Part shown: in pieces, positions 1 to 11,687 of the stretch
How the letters are laid out: every line of letters starts with the position of its first letter
How positions within the stretch are numbered: position 1 is the first letter of the stretch
DNA from: Mobula hypostoma
Lineage: Eukaryota
DNA: 64,000 bases
Reading direction: 5' to 3'
Assembly: GCF_963921235.1 (NCBI RefSeq)
Contig: NC_086107.1
Coordinates: 114,020,001-114,084,000 of the forward strand
The notes under the pieces: generated by a model
Told to the model about the DNA's origin: nothing
Database searches by the model: none
Seen by the model: the letters and a program-made list of their open reading frames with translations, nothing else
Position numbers and translations under genes: made by a program

Positions 1-220
1 TGCTTCAGTGTCTCACACTCCGCACTTGGGCCAAATCTGAACCTGGTAACAAGATGGGCTCGTTGATGTTTGTGCAGAGACGATAAGCTGTGAGCTCAAT
101 TCATTGAGAGTTGTGTAGTGAATTGTCAAACCTAGACCAGTTGATGATTGGTCAACAGACTCCTGTTCCATCCCTTCCCTCCACTGTTTTATACAGCTAC
201 CTTCTCCTCATCTTTCCATC

Positions 221-310
221 CCGATGAAGGGTCTCTGCCGAAAACATCTACTGTCCAATTCCTTCCACAGATGCTGCCTGACCCATTGAGTTCTTCCAGC
301 TGTTTTGTCA
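221..310 (+). mobile_element. Penelope-like-element-derived short repeat with a degenerate minimal hammerhead core
   Basis: ccgatga-agggtctctgcc-gaaaac-atc-tactg...agatgctgcctgacc...tgagttcttccagc. Resembles the CTGATGA..GAAAC-GTC motif and downstream tail of Penelope-derived repeats (family recalled, not searched). Confidence 0.45.
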
Positions 311-414
311 CTCACAACCTGTGGGGTTTTGTCACAATGAGAGGCAGTTTTATTTTGCAGGCAACACTGCCACTCAGTGGTGACCTGCTTGAATGGCAGG
401 TGATTTTCAGAGAG

Positions 415-801
415 GGACTGAGTTGCCTCCAGTTCGGTACCCCAAATGCTTCCAATGGCTTGCACCTCAAATGGCCTCTGAGAACCAAGTCCATCCCCTG
501 GCCGTCACGTGTGGCTTGACTACTAAGCCTGACAGAACTGTTTCGACTGAAAGGAGAATGGGCAAAGGTGGGTTACTGGCACCTGAAATCCATTCACTTC
601 GAGCAGATGGGGCTCATCTGGGAGCAGGTAAACTTCTATCTCAAACCTCGGCTGCCTTGCAGCTATACCCACTCATGGGGGTAGGCTTCGGGAGTAAACA
701 CCCCGGGGAAAAATCCAGAGCTGGAGTCCCAAAGGCCGTCCTGCACTGAGTTCCGTGCTGACTGGCAACTTCGGCGACGCTGCTGGTACCAAAAGGTAAC
801 G
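415..801 (+). repeat. Unclassified interspersed repeat, possibly an RTE-type 5' region
   Basis: Non-coding, moderately GC-rich, and resembles a retroelement 5' UTR from recall only. Runs directly into the CG/CT repeat. Confidence 0.25.
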
Positions 802-880
802 GTCTCTCCCTCTCACGCGCGCACGCGCGCGCTCTCCGTCTCGCGGTCTCTCCCTCTCGCGCGCGCGCGCTCCGCCTCGC

Positions 881-921
<41 letters not shown>

Positions 922-1060
922 CTCTCCGTCTCGCGGTCTCTCTCTCGCGCGCGCGCACACCGCCTCGCGGTCTCTCTCGCGCGCGCGCGCGCACACTCCG
1001 CCTCGCGGTCTCTCTCTCGCGCGCGCGCGCGCACACTCCGCCTCGCGGTCGGTCTCTCGA
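802..1060. repeat. Compound (CT)n/(CG)n minisatellite, ~35-40 bp units (cgcggtctctctctcgcgcgcgcgcgcacactccgcct)
   Basis: Repeated cgcggtctctc...cgcgcgcg blocks are directly visible. Confidence 0.9.
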
Positions 1061-1084
1061 GGGACTTGGAAGAGGTTTTTAAAG

Positions 1085-1310
1085 CATCATTAGTTACGGG
1101 TGAGGTCTCTTTCTGTCCCTTCCTCTTTCTTTCTGTCCCTCTCTCTGACTCTCCCTTTCTGTTTCTCTCTCCCGTTCAGTCTCTCTCTCTGTCTTTCTTT
1201 CTTTCTGTCTCTTCATCTCCCTCTTTATGTCTCTCTCTTTCCCTCTCTCATTGTCTCACTCTTTCTGGCTGCATCTCTCTCCAGCTCTTTCTGATTCTTT
1301 CTGTCTCTCT
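1085..1310. repeat. CT-rich low-complexity tract
   Basis: Polypyrimidine sequence. Confidence 0.8.
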
Positions 1311-1316
1311 GATTAA

Positions 1317-3795
1317 ACATAGAGCATGGAACATAGAAAACTACCGCACAGGAACAGGCCATTCGGCCCACATTTGTGCTGAACCAGCTAAAAGGTAATT
1401 TGAAACAAACCCCAAAATGAATCCCTCCTACCTACACCATCCATATCCACCAGTGTTCCTCACATCCATGTGCCTCTCTAAACGTCTCTTAAAAGCCTCT
1501 AATGTATTTGCCTCTACCACCACACCAGGCAGCACATTCCAGGCATCCACCTCTCTGAGTAAAAACTTACCCCTCACATCCCTTTTGAACCTATCCCAAG
1601 ACCATAAGACACAGGAGCAGAATTAGGCCATTCCACCCATCGAGTCCACTCCACCATTCCATCATGGCTGATCCCGGATCCCACTCCATCCCATAACACC
1701 TGCCTTCTCGCCCTATCCTTTGATACCCTGACCGACCAGGAAACCATCAATTTCACCCATAGACTTGGCCTCCACTGCAGTCTGTGGCAGAGTATTCCAC
1801 AAGTTCACTACTCTCTGGCTAAGAAAGTTCCTCCTTGCCTCAGTTCTAAAAGGTCACCCCTCAATTTTGAGGCTGCGTGCCCCCTAGTTCTGGATACCCC
1901 CCACCATAGGAAACATCCTCTCCACATCCACCCTATCCAGTCCTTTCAACATTTGGTAGGTTTCAATGAGATCCCCCCACATTCTTCTAAATTCCAGTGA
2001 GTACAGGCCCGAAGCTGCCAAACACTCCTCATATGTTAATCCCTTAATTCCTGGAATCGTCCTCGCGAACCTCCTCTTGACTGTCTGCAATGACAACACA
2101 TTCTTTCTGAGATATGGGGCCCAAAACTGTTGACAATACTCAAAGTGCGACCAGCATTATCTCTTTGCTTTTATATTCTATTCCCCTTGAAATGAATGCC
2201 AACATACCATTTGCGTTATTTACCAGAGCCTCAACCTGTAAATTAACCTTCTGGGGGTCTTGCACGAGAACTCCCAAGTTCCTCTGTACCTCTGATGTTT
2301 GAACCTTCTCCCCTTTTATATAATAGTTTGCACTCTTGTTCCTTTTACCAAAATTCATTATCGCAACATATCCCAACATTGTATTCCATCTGTCACGTTT
2401 TTGCCCATTCTTCCAACTTGACAGGGTCCTGCTGCAATTACATTGCTCCTCAGCACTACCTACCCCTCCACCTATCTTCATATCATCTACAAACTTTACC
2501 ACAAAGCCATCAATTCCATTACCTAAACCATTGACAAATAATGTGAAAAGTAGCATTCCCAATACTGATCCCTGAGGAACACCACTAGTCACTGGCAGTC
2601 AAACAGAAAAGGCCCCTTTTAGTCCCACTCACTGCCTCCTGCCTGTCAGCCATTCCTCAATGCATGCCAGTATCTTTCCTGTAACGCCACAGGATTTTAT
2701 CTTGTTAAGCAGCCCCATGTGTGGCACCTAGTCAAAAGGCCTTCTGAAAATCCAAGTCAATGACATCCACTATCTCTCCTTTGTCCACCCTGCTTGTTAC
2801 TTCCTCGAAGAACTCGAAGAGATTTGTCAGGAAAGATTTCCCTTCACAGAAACCATGCTGACTTTGACTTCTTTCGTCATTACCTCCAAGTCCCCCAAAA
2901 CCTCATCCTTAATAATAGATTTAATAATAATAATAGCCCTTAATAATAATAGACCTCATAGTTCATGTTTTCCCTTCTTACAACATTTTTAGTTGTCTTT
3001 TATTGCATTTTAACAGCTTCCAACTTCCCACTCACTTGTGCTACCTTATTTGCCCTTTCCTTGGCTTTGATGCCGTCCTCACCTTCCCTTTTCAGCCACA
3101 GTTGCCTAGCCCTGCAATTTGAGAAACTTCTTCTGTGGGACATATCTATCCTGCACCTTGTGAACTATTCTCAGAAACTTCATCCAACTCTGCTCTGCCA
3201 TCATCCCCACCAGTGTCCCCCTCCAACCCACCTGGGCAAGCTCCTCTCTCATGCCTCTGTAATTCCCTTTATTCCATTGTGATATTGATACATGTGAGGT
3301 ATGCTTCTCCCTCGCAATCATATTATGATCACTGCCTCCTAAGGGTTCCTTTACATGAAGGTCCCTAATAAGATCTGGGTTATTACACAACACCCAATCT
3401 AAGACAGCCTTTCCCCAAGTAGGCCCAAGCACAAGCTGCTCTAAAAATCCATTCGTAGGCATTCAATAAACTCCCTCTCTTGCCATCTGACGCCAGTCTG
3501 ATTTCCCAATCTCCTTGCATATTATAATTGCGTCATTACCTTTATTTCATGCCTTTTCCAGCTCCCCTTGCAAACTCAACCCAATGTCTTGGCTACAATT
3601 TGGAGGGCTATATATGATCCACATAATGTTCTTTTTATCCTTGCAGTTTCTTAACTCCACCCACAAAGATTCGACATTCTCTAACCCTATGTCACCTCTT
3701 TCTAAAGATGTCATTCCATCTCTTACCAACAAAGCCACACCACCACCTATATCTTCCTGCCTGCCCTTTCAATACAAAGTATATCCTTTGATGAT
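1317..3795 (-). mobile_element. Degraded CR1 LINE fragments (a 3' end at ~1317-1597, then a deleted ORF2 from endonuclease to 3' tail)
   Basis: Minus-strand ORF pieces [59 protein letters not shown]. Short tandem tails catagaa/cataaga. Confidence 0.9.
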
Positions 3796-4929
3796 ATCCC
3801 CTCTCAGCTCAATGCACACACTCTGGCCGAACTAATGTCACCAAATGGCAGCTTTTTCGAGTTCATCTACAGGAACAGCTTAAGTTCTCTTTAATGTCTT
3901 GTTTTTTCCCCTTTTCAAGGTGACCGGGATTCTGTTGAAGTCTGTGACCTGTAGCTGCACTCATCACGGACGAGGTCCTGCTCCTGGAGCTCACGGACCA
4001 GCTGTTTTCTGACGTTCCCCAGGAGCGACCTGAAGATGTGCACCTCCTGAGCGCCATTCTGCGCGGCCCTGCGGACAACCGATTCCCTGCCAGTGTCACC
4101 AACTGAGGCGTCCCGGGAGAAGGAAGATCTGGTCTCTCTTTGGAGGCTTTGCTGTTGCTTGGTGGGTGGTGGGAGCTGATACTTCCTGCTAAAGTGGATG
4201 GGGTGGAGGGGGAAGGTTGATTCTTTGACACTGTTTGTGTGAGGGAGGGGGAGAGGGGGCTTTGGGGCTCTCAGATTTTACAGTCACTCATTCTTTGGGG
4301 TTTTCTTCTGTTTTTGTGGATGTGTGATGTGTTGGGATTAAACTAATTTAGCAAGGGGATGGGAACCAAAGTGAAAAGTGTGAGAATGAGGCAGTTGCTA
4401 TACAATTAGATGCAGTGTGTAGGGAGACTGCGAGGAAGGACAAGAAGGTGATAGGGGGAAAATTGCAGTCAGTTGGATGAGTTAAAGTGCAACAGGGGGA
4501 CAAAATCAAAAGAGGTGAGGAATACAGGCCTGAAAGTGTGATATTTGAATGCACGCAATAGTCAGAATAAAGTAGATAATATTGTAGTGCAGTTAGAGAT
4601 GGCAAGTATGATGTTTTAGGTATCCCTGAGTTGTGGCTAAAAGAAAATCATCGTTGGGAGCTTAACATCCAAGGATACACCTTGTATCAAAAGGACAGGC
4701 AGGTAGGCAGAGTGGGTGTGTGGCCCTGTTGGTAAATAATGAAATCAAATCCTTGGAAAGCGGTGACATAGAATTGGAAGGTGTAGGATCCTTATGGGCA
4801 GAGTTAAGAAACTGCAAGGGTAAAAAGAACCTGATGGGAATTATATACAGGCCTCTGAACAATAGACAGGACATGAGCGTCAAGTTGTAGCAGGAGATAG
4901 TAAAGGTATGTCAAAAAAGTAATGCTATT

Positions 4930-5770
4930 GAATTGAAAATACACGTGGACTAAGGTGTTGACTGTCCTGTGCTATCACCCATGGTATCATCAGTTGATCT
5001 GCCACCTGTCTTTAGGAGTTTCAGCCCACTTATGATCAAGACTCCCTCGAGGTGGTGGGCCAGCAGTGCTAAAGCACCACCTCCCACTGGTGAGCTTAAA
5101 AACTTGGCATCTGCTTCTATCAGAGTTGTTGGTCACTTCCCTCCAACAGATAGTCTACTCTTCAGGTGTCTATGCAACTGCTGAAGGGTTTGCAAAAGCT
5201 GGATACACTGTCCGACTAACTGCCCCTCTGGACATACTTGGTCACACCGATGCTGATCCTGTCTCTGCTGTCTCTGCTGCCTCAGCTACAGCCCTGCTGG
5301 TTGATGCTAACTTTATTCGACAATGCTCCCGGAGATCAGCAAGCCCTGGTTTGTCACCCTCACTTGCTACCTTTCACCTCTGTCTCAACGATCTAAGCTC
5401 TCTCCTCAACCTACTAATCTCCTTCTGGTGCCTGCTTGGTTACTGTGTAGGCTTTGCTTTCTTCAGCTCAACCAAGCCAAACTTGTACTTTCCAACATCG
5501 TAAATCATATTGCCCATCACTTCCAACTGTCTCCTCGATGTTCCCCTGAGAGTGTTCTCCAACATCATACTGATATCCTCATCAAACACACACCAAGCCT
5601 TCTCATCTGCCATTGCTGTCCACTTGACCTTCCTCTTCTTCTCTGCCTCCTCACCACCGCCATCATACGAAGGATCTACCTGGGTACTGTGGTCTGAAAC
5701 CTGACCTGGATTATCTCTTGTCTGACCTGGAGTGTGATAACGCTCTCCAGAGCGAATCGCTGTGGCTTGT
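4930..5770 (-). mobile_element. Internally deleted HERO/NeSL-type (RLE) non-LTR retrotransposon
   Basis: ORF 5440..5790 (VKWTAMADEKAWCVFDEDISMMLENTLRG...) resembles the HERO ORF N-terminal region. It is joined directly to a C-terminal-like SRAVAEAAE segment and a 3' UTR. Family assignment is from recall. Confidence 0.55.
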
Positions 5771-6046
5771 GAAATCATGGGGGATTTCAATATGCAAGTA
5801 AATTGTGAAAATTCAGGTGGTGCTGGATCCCAAGAGAGGAAATTTGTAGAAATCCTATGAGATGGTTTTTAGAGCAGCTTGTGCTTGAACCTATTAGGAG
5901 AATGACAACGCTGGATTGAGTGTTATATGATGACCCAGATTTAATTAGGGAGCTTAAGGTAAAGGAACCTTTAGAAGTCAGTGATCATTATATAACAGAA
6001 TTCACTCTGCACTTTGAGAAGGAGAAGCTAAATTCTGATGTATCAG

Positions 6047-6727
6047 AGGAGGAGGAGAAGATGGCAATGAGACGCAATGTGCGCAGACACTCCGGTGAAT
6101 GATATCTATTATGTGTAAAGTAGGGTACCGTGCACAATTCTGATTTGGTGGAGACAGACATGAGGGTACGGAGGAACATCTGGAGAAACTTCTGAAATGT
6201 CCACTTCGCTGCTACTGTGTGGTCCAAAATCTCCAGAGAAGGCCCCAAGTCTTCGGCTTTGCTTATTTCGGCAGCCGGGGTGAGGTCGAAGGCACTCGGC
6301 AGAGGATGGCGCTCGGGAGGCTATATCGGAGGGGCTGGCCGGAGGCTCAAAGTTTCCAGATGGACGGACTCAGAGTCAGCTGTGGTCGGGTGCTTCTAAG
6401 CCATCGGCAAGTTGTCAGTGTCTGGAAGTTTATGGCAGAGAGTTTCTCCCTTTTGCCACCTGCTATCGGGGACTATTCGGAGTCGATCGGGACTTTGAAA
6501 CTTTTTTTTTACCGTGCCCATGGTCTGCTCTTTATCAAATTATGGTATTGCTTTGCACTGCTGTAACTATATGTTATAGTTATGTGGTTCCGTCAGTGTT
6601 AGACTTTGGTTTGTCCTGTTTTTCTGTGATATCACTCTGGAGGAACATTGCATCATTTCTTAATGCATGCATTTCTAAATTACAATAAATGAGGACTGAG
6701 TGTCCTCATAATCTAATCTAATCTAAT
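6047..6727 (+). mobile_element. ~680-bp non-autonomous retroelement (SINE-like) with 3' stem-loop and (TCTAA)n tail
   Basis: Starts ggaggagaagatggc and ends gaggac-tgagt-gtcctc plus atctaatctaatctaat. A second copy lies inverted at 48399-49082. It interrupts a CR1. Confidence 0.75.
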
Positions 6728-7974
6728 TACGGTGTAAAGGGAATTTCAGAGCTATGAGCAAGGAGCTGGCCAAAGTTGTTTGGTAGGGGACACGAGCAGA
6801 GATGTTGGCCGAACAGCGATGGTTGGAATTTCTAGGGGAAATTCAGAAGGCTCAGGAAAGATTCATCCTAAAGAAGAAGAAGTATTCTAAAGGGAAGATG
6901 AGGCAAGCATGACTGAGAAGTAAAGCCAAAAACAGCATAAAAGCAAAAGAGGGGGCATATAATATAGTAAAAATTAGTGGAAAAGTAGAGGATTGGGAAG
7001 CTTTCAAAAAGCAACAGAAGGCTACTAAAAAAACCAAAAAGAGAGAAAAGATTAAATATGGGGGTAATCTAATAATATAAGAGAGGTTATAATTTTTTTT
7101 CAGAGATATAATTTGTAGAAGACAGATGAATGTGGATATTGGATCGCTGAAAAATGACGCTGCAGAGGTAGAAACAGGGACAAAGAAATGATGGATGAAC
7201 TGAATAAGTATTTTGCATCAGTCTTCACGGTGGAACAGACCAGCTAAATGCCAGAAATGGAACGTCAGGGGACAGGAGTCAATGTAGTTGCTATTACTAA
7301 GGGAAAGGTACTTCGAAAGCTAAAATGTCTGAAGGTAGATAAGTCACCCAAACCATCTGGACTATGCCCAGGGTCCTGAAAGAGGTAGCTGAAAAGATTT
7401 TGGAGGCATTAATAATGATCTTTCAAGAATCACTAGATTCTGGAATGGTTCTGGATTACGGGCAAGTTGCAAATGTCACTCCAGTCTTTAAAAAGAGAGG
7501 GTGGCAGAAGAAAGGAAAAAGGAGGCAGTTAGTCTGAATTCAGTGGTTGGAAAGATGTTGAAGTCAATTATTAAGGACGAGATTTTGGTGTACTTGGTGG
7601 CACATGATAAAATAGGTGAAAGTCAGCATGGTGTCTTTAAGGGGAAATCTTGCCTGACAAATCTGTTGGAATTTGAGGAAATAACAGGCAGGTTAGACAA
7701 AGGAAAATTAGTGGATGTGGTGTACGTTGATTTTCACAAGGCCTTTGACAACGTACTGCACATGAAGTTGCTTAACGAGATAAGAGCCCGTAGTACTAGC
7801 ATGGATGGAAGATTGGCTGACTGGCAGGGGACAAATAGTGGGGATAAAGAGAACCTTTTCTGGTTGGCTGCTGAATTGATCAGTGTTGGGACTGCTTCTT
7901 TTCAGGTTACTTGCCAACAATTTGGATGATGGAATTTGAAAGACAGGTACCGAAGGTGATGAATGTCTGCATAC

Positions 7975-8210
7975 GGACTTTAAAAAGAGCCATCAAAATG
8001 GTCACAGAGACTGCTGAGCAAGCCTCCAGGTGTCTATGGATCAAGAGGTAAGATCCGTGGACCAGTGCCACTGGGACACAAGCCAGGTCTGATCACCCCT
8101 GTCTGGGTCACCTGGGCAGGGGTGTCTGATGTTGAAAGACCCAACACAAATGATAACCCCAGATTACATCACTGTTGATAGGTCCCAGCACATCCCAGGA
8201 TGTATCTCAG
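7975..8210 (+). mobile_element. HERO-type non-LTR retrotransposon 3' end
   Basis: Translates KRAIKMVTETAEQASRCLWIKR*DPW, like the HERO C-terminus (recall), followed by a 3' UTR. Confidence 0.55.
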
Positions 8211-8929
8211 TGTCAAACAGCTTGGATGAATACACAAAGAAGTGAGAGATGGAATATAACGTAGGGAAGTGCGTGGTCATTCACTTTGGCATAAGGAATA
8301 AAGGCAAAATGGAGAGAAAATTCCAAACTCAGAATTGCAAAGGAACTCGGGAGTCGTCGTGTAGGGTTCCCTAAAGGTTAACTTGCAGGTTGAGTCAGTG
8401 GTGAGGAAGGCAAATGCAATGTTAGCATTCATTTTGAGTGGACTGGAATATAAAAGCAAGGATGTAATGTTGAGGCTTTATAAGGCATTGGTCAGACCAC
8501 ACTTGGAATACTGTGAGCAGTTTCAGCCCCCATATCTAAGAATACATTTGCTGGCATTGGAGAGGGTCCAGAGGAGGTTCGTGAGAATGATCTCAGAAAT
8601 GAAACAGATGAGTAGCATTTTGTAGATCTGAGCCTGTACTTGCTGGAGTTTAGAAGAATGAGGGGGAATCTCTTTGAAGCCTATCAAATATTAAAAGGTT
8701 TAGATAGAATGGGCGTGTTTCCTATTGTGTGAAAGTCTGGACCAGAGGGCACAGCCTCTGAATTGAGGGATGTCCATTTACAACAGAGATGAGGAGAAAT
8801 TTCTTTAGCCAGAAGGTGCCGAATCTGTGGAATTCATTGCCGCTGACAGCTACGGGAGCCAGTTTATTGGGTGTATTTAAGATGGAGGTTGATACGATGA
8901 GTGTGGTTGTGATCTTTTGCACATCTCTG

Positions 8930-10736
8930 TCCGTGTGTGTGTGTGTGTGTGTGTGTCTGTCTGTTTGAACATCTACACACATTTCTCTGCCAGTGTATGA
9001 GTGTGTACACCCAGGTCTCTCTGGAGCTCTCAATTTGAGTGACTGTGTACATTTTGGGTCCTTATGCGTCCTTATGAAAATTATATTTTAATGTTCAATT
9101 CAAAGAACATTCTGGAGAAGAGATGTGCTCCTGGTAGCAAGAACAGTGTTAGACCACAGAGAATGAGCATTGGAGATTGTGATGAGATATCACACTTGCC
9201 TGGACTCTGTACAGACTGGGTTCTCGTATCACAACACTCAAAGTATCACACATCAGAGTTCTGGCTGAAAGATCAGAAAACTCTTCATGGAAACAATCTC
9301 CACATCAAACCCCTTGTACAGGTGTTTAACCTCAGCAACCGAACCTTTTCAGGCGGGGCTTCATATCAGAAGATATCCCAATTAAAGACGGGAACTCTCA
9401 TTAACAGAGACCCCATTTAAAGAGACGCCTCCCACATTAAGAATCCCAACGAAAGAACACATTGCTCTATCCGGAACTCCTACAAAATCCATCTCTCCCC
9501 ATCCAGAAACTGTTAGCCTGTTTTGAAGATGAAATGCCTCCCCACAAGACACCAAATTTAAAGCTGAAGCACTTCGAAAATGAGAAGTGACAGAGAAATC
9601 CCAGCGGTGATTGCTAGCACTTAGACTACCAAACATTCACTGGTGTCTCTCAGTTTCTCTCTCAGGGACAGATCTGTACACTGACCGGTGTCTCTCAGTC
9701 CCTCTCTCTCAGGGGGAGATCTGTACACTGACCGGTGTCTCTCAGTCCCTCTCTCTCAGGGGGAGATCTGTGCACTGACCGGTGTCTCTCAGTCCCTCTC
9801 TCTCAGGGCGAGATTTGAACACTGACCAGTGTCTCTCAGTCCCTCTCTCTCAGGGGGAGATCTGTACACTGACCAGTGTCTCTCAGGGGGAGATTTGTAC
9901 ACTGACCAGTGTCTCTCAATCCCTCTCTGCCTCATGGGCAGACCTGTGCCCTCACTGCTGTCTATGTTACTCTGCAGTGGGCTATTTTGATCTTATTGCG
10001 CCCTGGTTATTGTTGTGGTCAGGGCTGTTTCGCCCCACACTATCTCCTCTCTCCTGTTGCTCAATTTTGTTTATTTATAACTTTTTCGGTGTCACGCTGT
10101 AGTTTTTGAGACTTCAAACCTGCTAACCACTGCCTCTGAGTTATCGTGCCCCTCAGCACTGCCATTGATGCTGGTAGAGATTAGTTTGAGGCTGTGCAAA
10201 TAACTTGTTTTATTTTGAATTTTGTTTTTAAGTCAAACGTTGACTACAAGCTGGTTCTGGGCCCAGGTCACAGGCTTCGGCCTTCTTTGCTGCTCATTCT
10301 CTGCACCCAAGTACACCAGTTGGCAGAACGATCTCCCCTTGAGACTGCTCAGAGCTCTTGTTCCACTCTCAGCCTGACAATCTCCAACATAATCACCTCT
10401 TGGCAGTCTCCTGTCTGGGCTCACAGCCGTTGTTCTACCCTGAAGCTGACTGTCTCCAGCTCAGCACAAGTGCTGTTGGGCTGCTCTACCCAGCTCTCAG
10501 TTTTCACTTTATTCGCTCAGAACCCAAAACCTGGATTGGCCGTTGCTGTCTCTGCTGGCCTCGGGACACAGGACTGAAAGCTCCAGTACTGATCTCCGGC
10601 TTGATCCCCAGATTGGTCATCAGCCAGCTTTGGGCCTAGTGTCCAACGTGAGACCTCAGACCCAGGTCACCTTCAGCCAGATGTCTGTCCTGTTTCCTGG
10701 CCGAGCTGAGCCCACCTGCTTGGGCGTCAGGGAGTG
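8930..10736 (+). repeat. Local low-copy cassette S, copy 1: (GT)n - U1 - 47-bp minisatellite (~6 units, ~9640-9925) - U2
   Basis: U1 recurs at 14310-14710(-), 15445-15885(+), 33640-34040(-), 34763-35205(+), 45570-46200(+). U2 recurs at 13200-14000(-), 29410-30041(+), 32530-33335(-). Confidence 0.9.
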
Positions 10737-11562
10737 AAATGTTTGTAAGGACCCATAAGGACCTGAAATGTACACAGTCACTCAGATTCAGAGCTCCAGA
10801 GAGACCTGGGTGTACACACTCAAACACTGGCAGAGAAATGTGTGTAGATGTTCAGACACACACACAGACAGACAGACAGACACAACACACACACTCACAC
10901 AAACACACACACACACAACACACACGCACACAACATACACACAGGCACACACATGCACACACTTACGCAAATGCACATAACACATACACACACATACAGT
11001 CTCTTACACACACACACAGACCAGACACACACACACACACACACAACACACAACACACACACTCACACACACAACACACACACTCACACACACAACACAC
11101 ACACTCACACACACTCACACACACACACACACACACACAGACTCTCACACACACACACACACACAGACGCACACAACACACACACACAGACGCACACACA
11201 CACAGACGCACACAACACACACACTCACACACACACACACACGCACACAACACACACACTCACACACACACACACGCACACAACACACACACTCACACAC
11301 ACACACATAGACGCACACAACACACACACTCACACACACACACAGACGCACACAACACACACACACACAGACACAGACACACACACACACACACAACAGA
11401 CAAAGAGACACAGACACGCACACATACACAAACACATATACATACACTCACACAGAGACACACACACACACACAACATACACACAGGCACACACATGCAC
11501 ACACTTACGCAAATGCACATAACACTACACACACATACAGTCTCTTACACACACACACAGAC
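10737..11562 (-). repeat. Inverted copy of the first ~125 bp of S plus expanded complex (CA)n tract
   Basis: 10740-10860 is the reverse complement of ~8955-9075. It is followed by ~700 bp of CA-rich repeat containing an internal ~100-bp direct repeat. Confidence 0.9.
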
Positions 11563-11687
11563 CAGACATCCCACCCTGCAAAAACTCATTTCAGGGAGGT
11601 AGCACCATCAATTTCCGGGAGAGGTGGGACGTCTGCAATAGAGTAGCTCCTGAGCAGCTAGCCAGCTAGTTTAAATAACGTTAGCTA

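Larger units (their letters stand above)
4335..8895 (+). mobile_element. Degraded CR1 LINE ORF2, interrupted by HERO-like and SINE-like insertions
   Basis: Pieces [52 protein letters not shown] lie in colinear order with many stops and frameshifts. Confidence 0.85.

Noticed and set aside
470..540. HDV-like ribozyme (gtcacgt resembles the L3 loop)
   Set aside because: Could not form P3/P1/P2 pairings by eye. A descriptor search would be needed.
641..1082. Arg/Ala/Glu-rich ORFs
   Set aside because: Translations of the (CG)n/(CT)n repeat.
9064..9420. 118-aa ORF conserved in length at 45693-46049
   Set aside because: The 45 differences fall 16/17/12 on codon positions 1/2/3 with 31 amino-acid changes, as expected for neutral DNA. 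The copy at 15445 has a frameshift and stop. No recognisable domain.
10194..10577. 127-aa U2 ORF (also 13358-13741, 32690-33073)
   Set aside because: Non-ATG start, no domain, and deleted in the 29690 copy. Similarity reflects DNA duplication.
10739..11602. His/Thr-rich and Cys/Val-rich ORFs (also 30044-30853, 14529-14943)
   Set aside because: Translations of (CA)n/(TG)n microsatellite.
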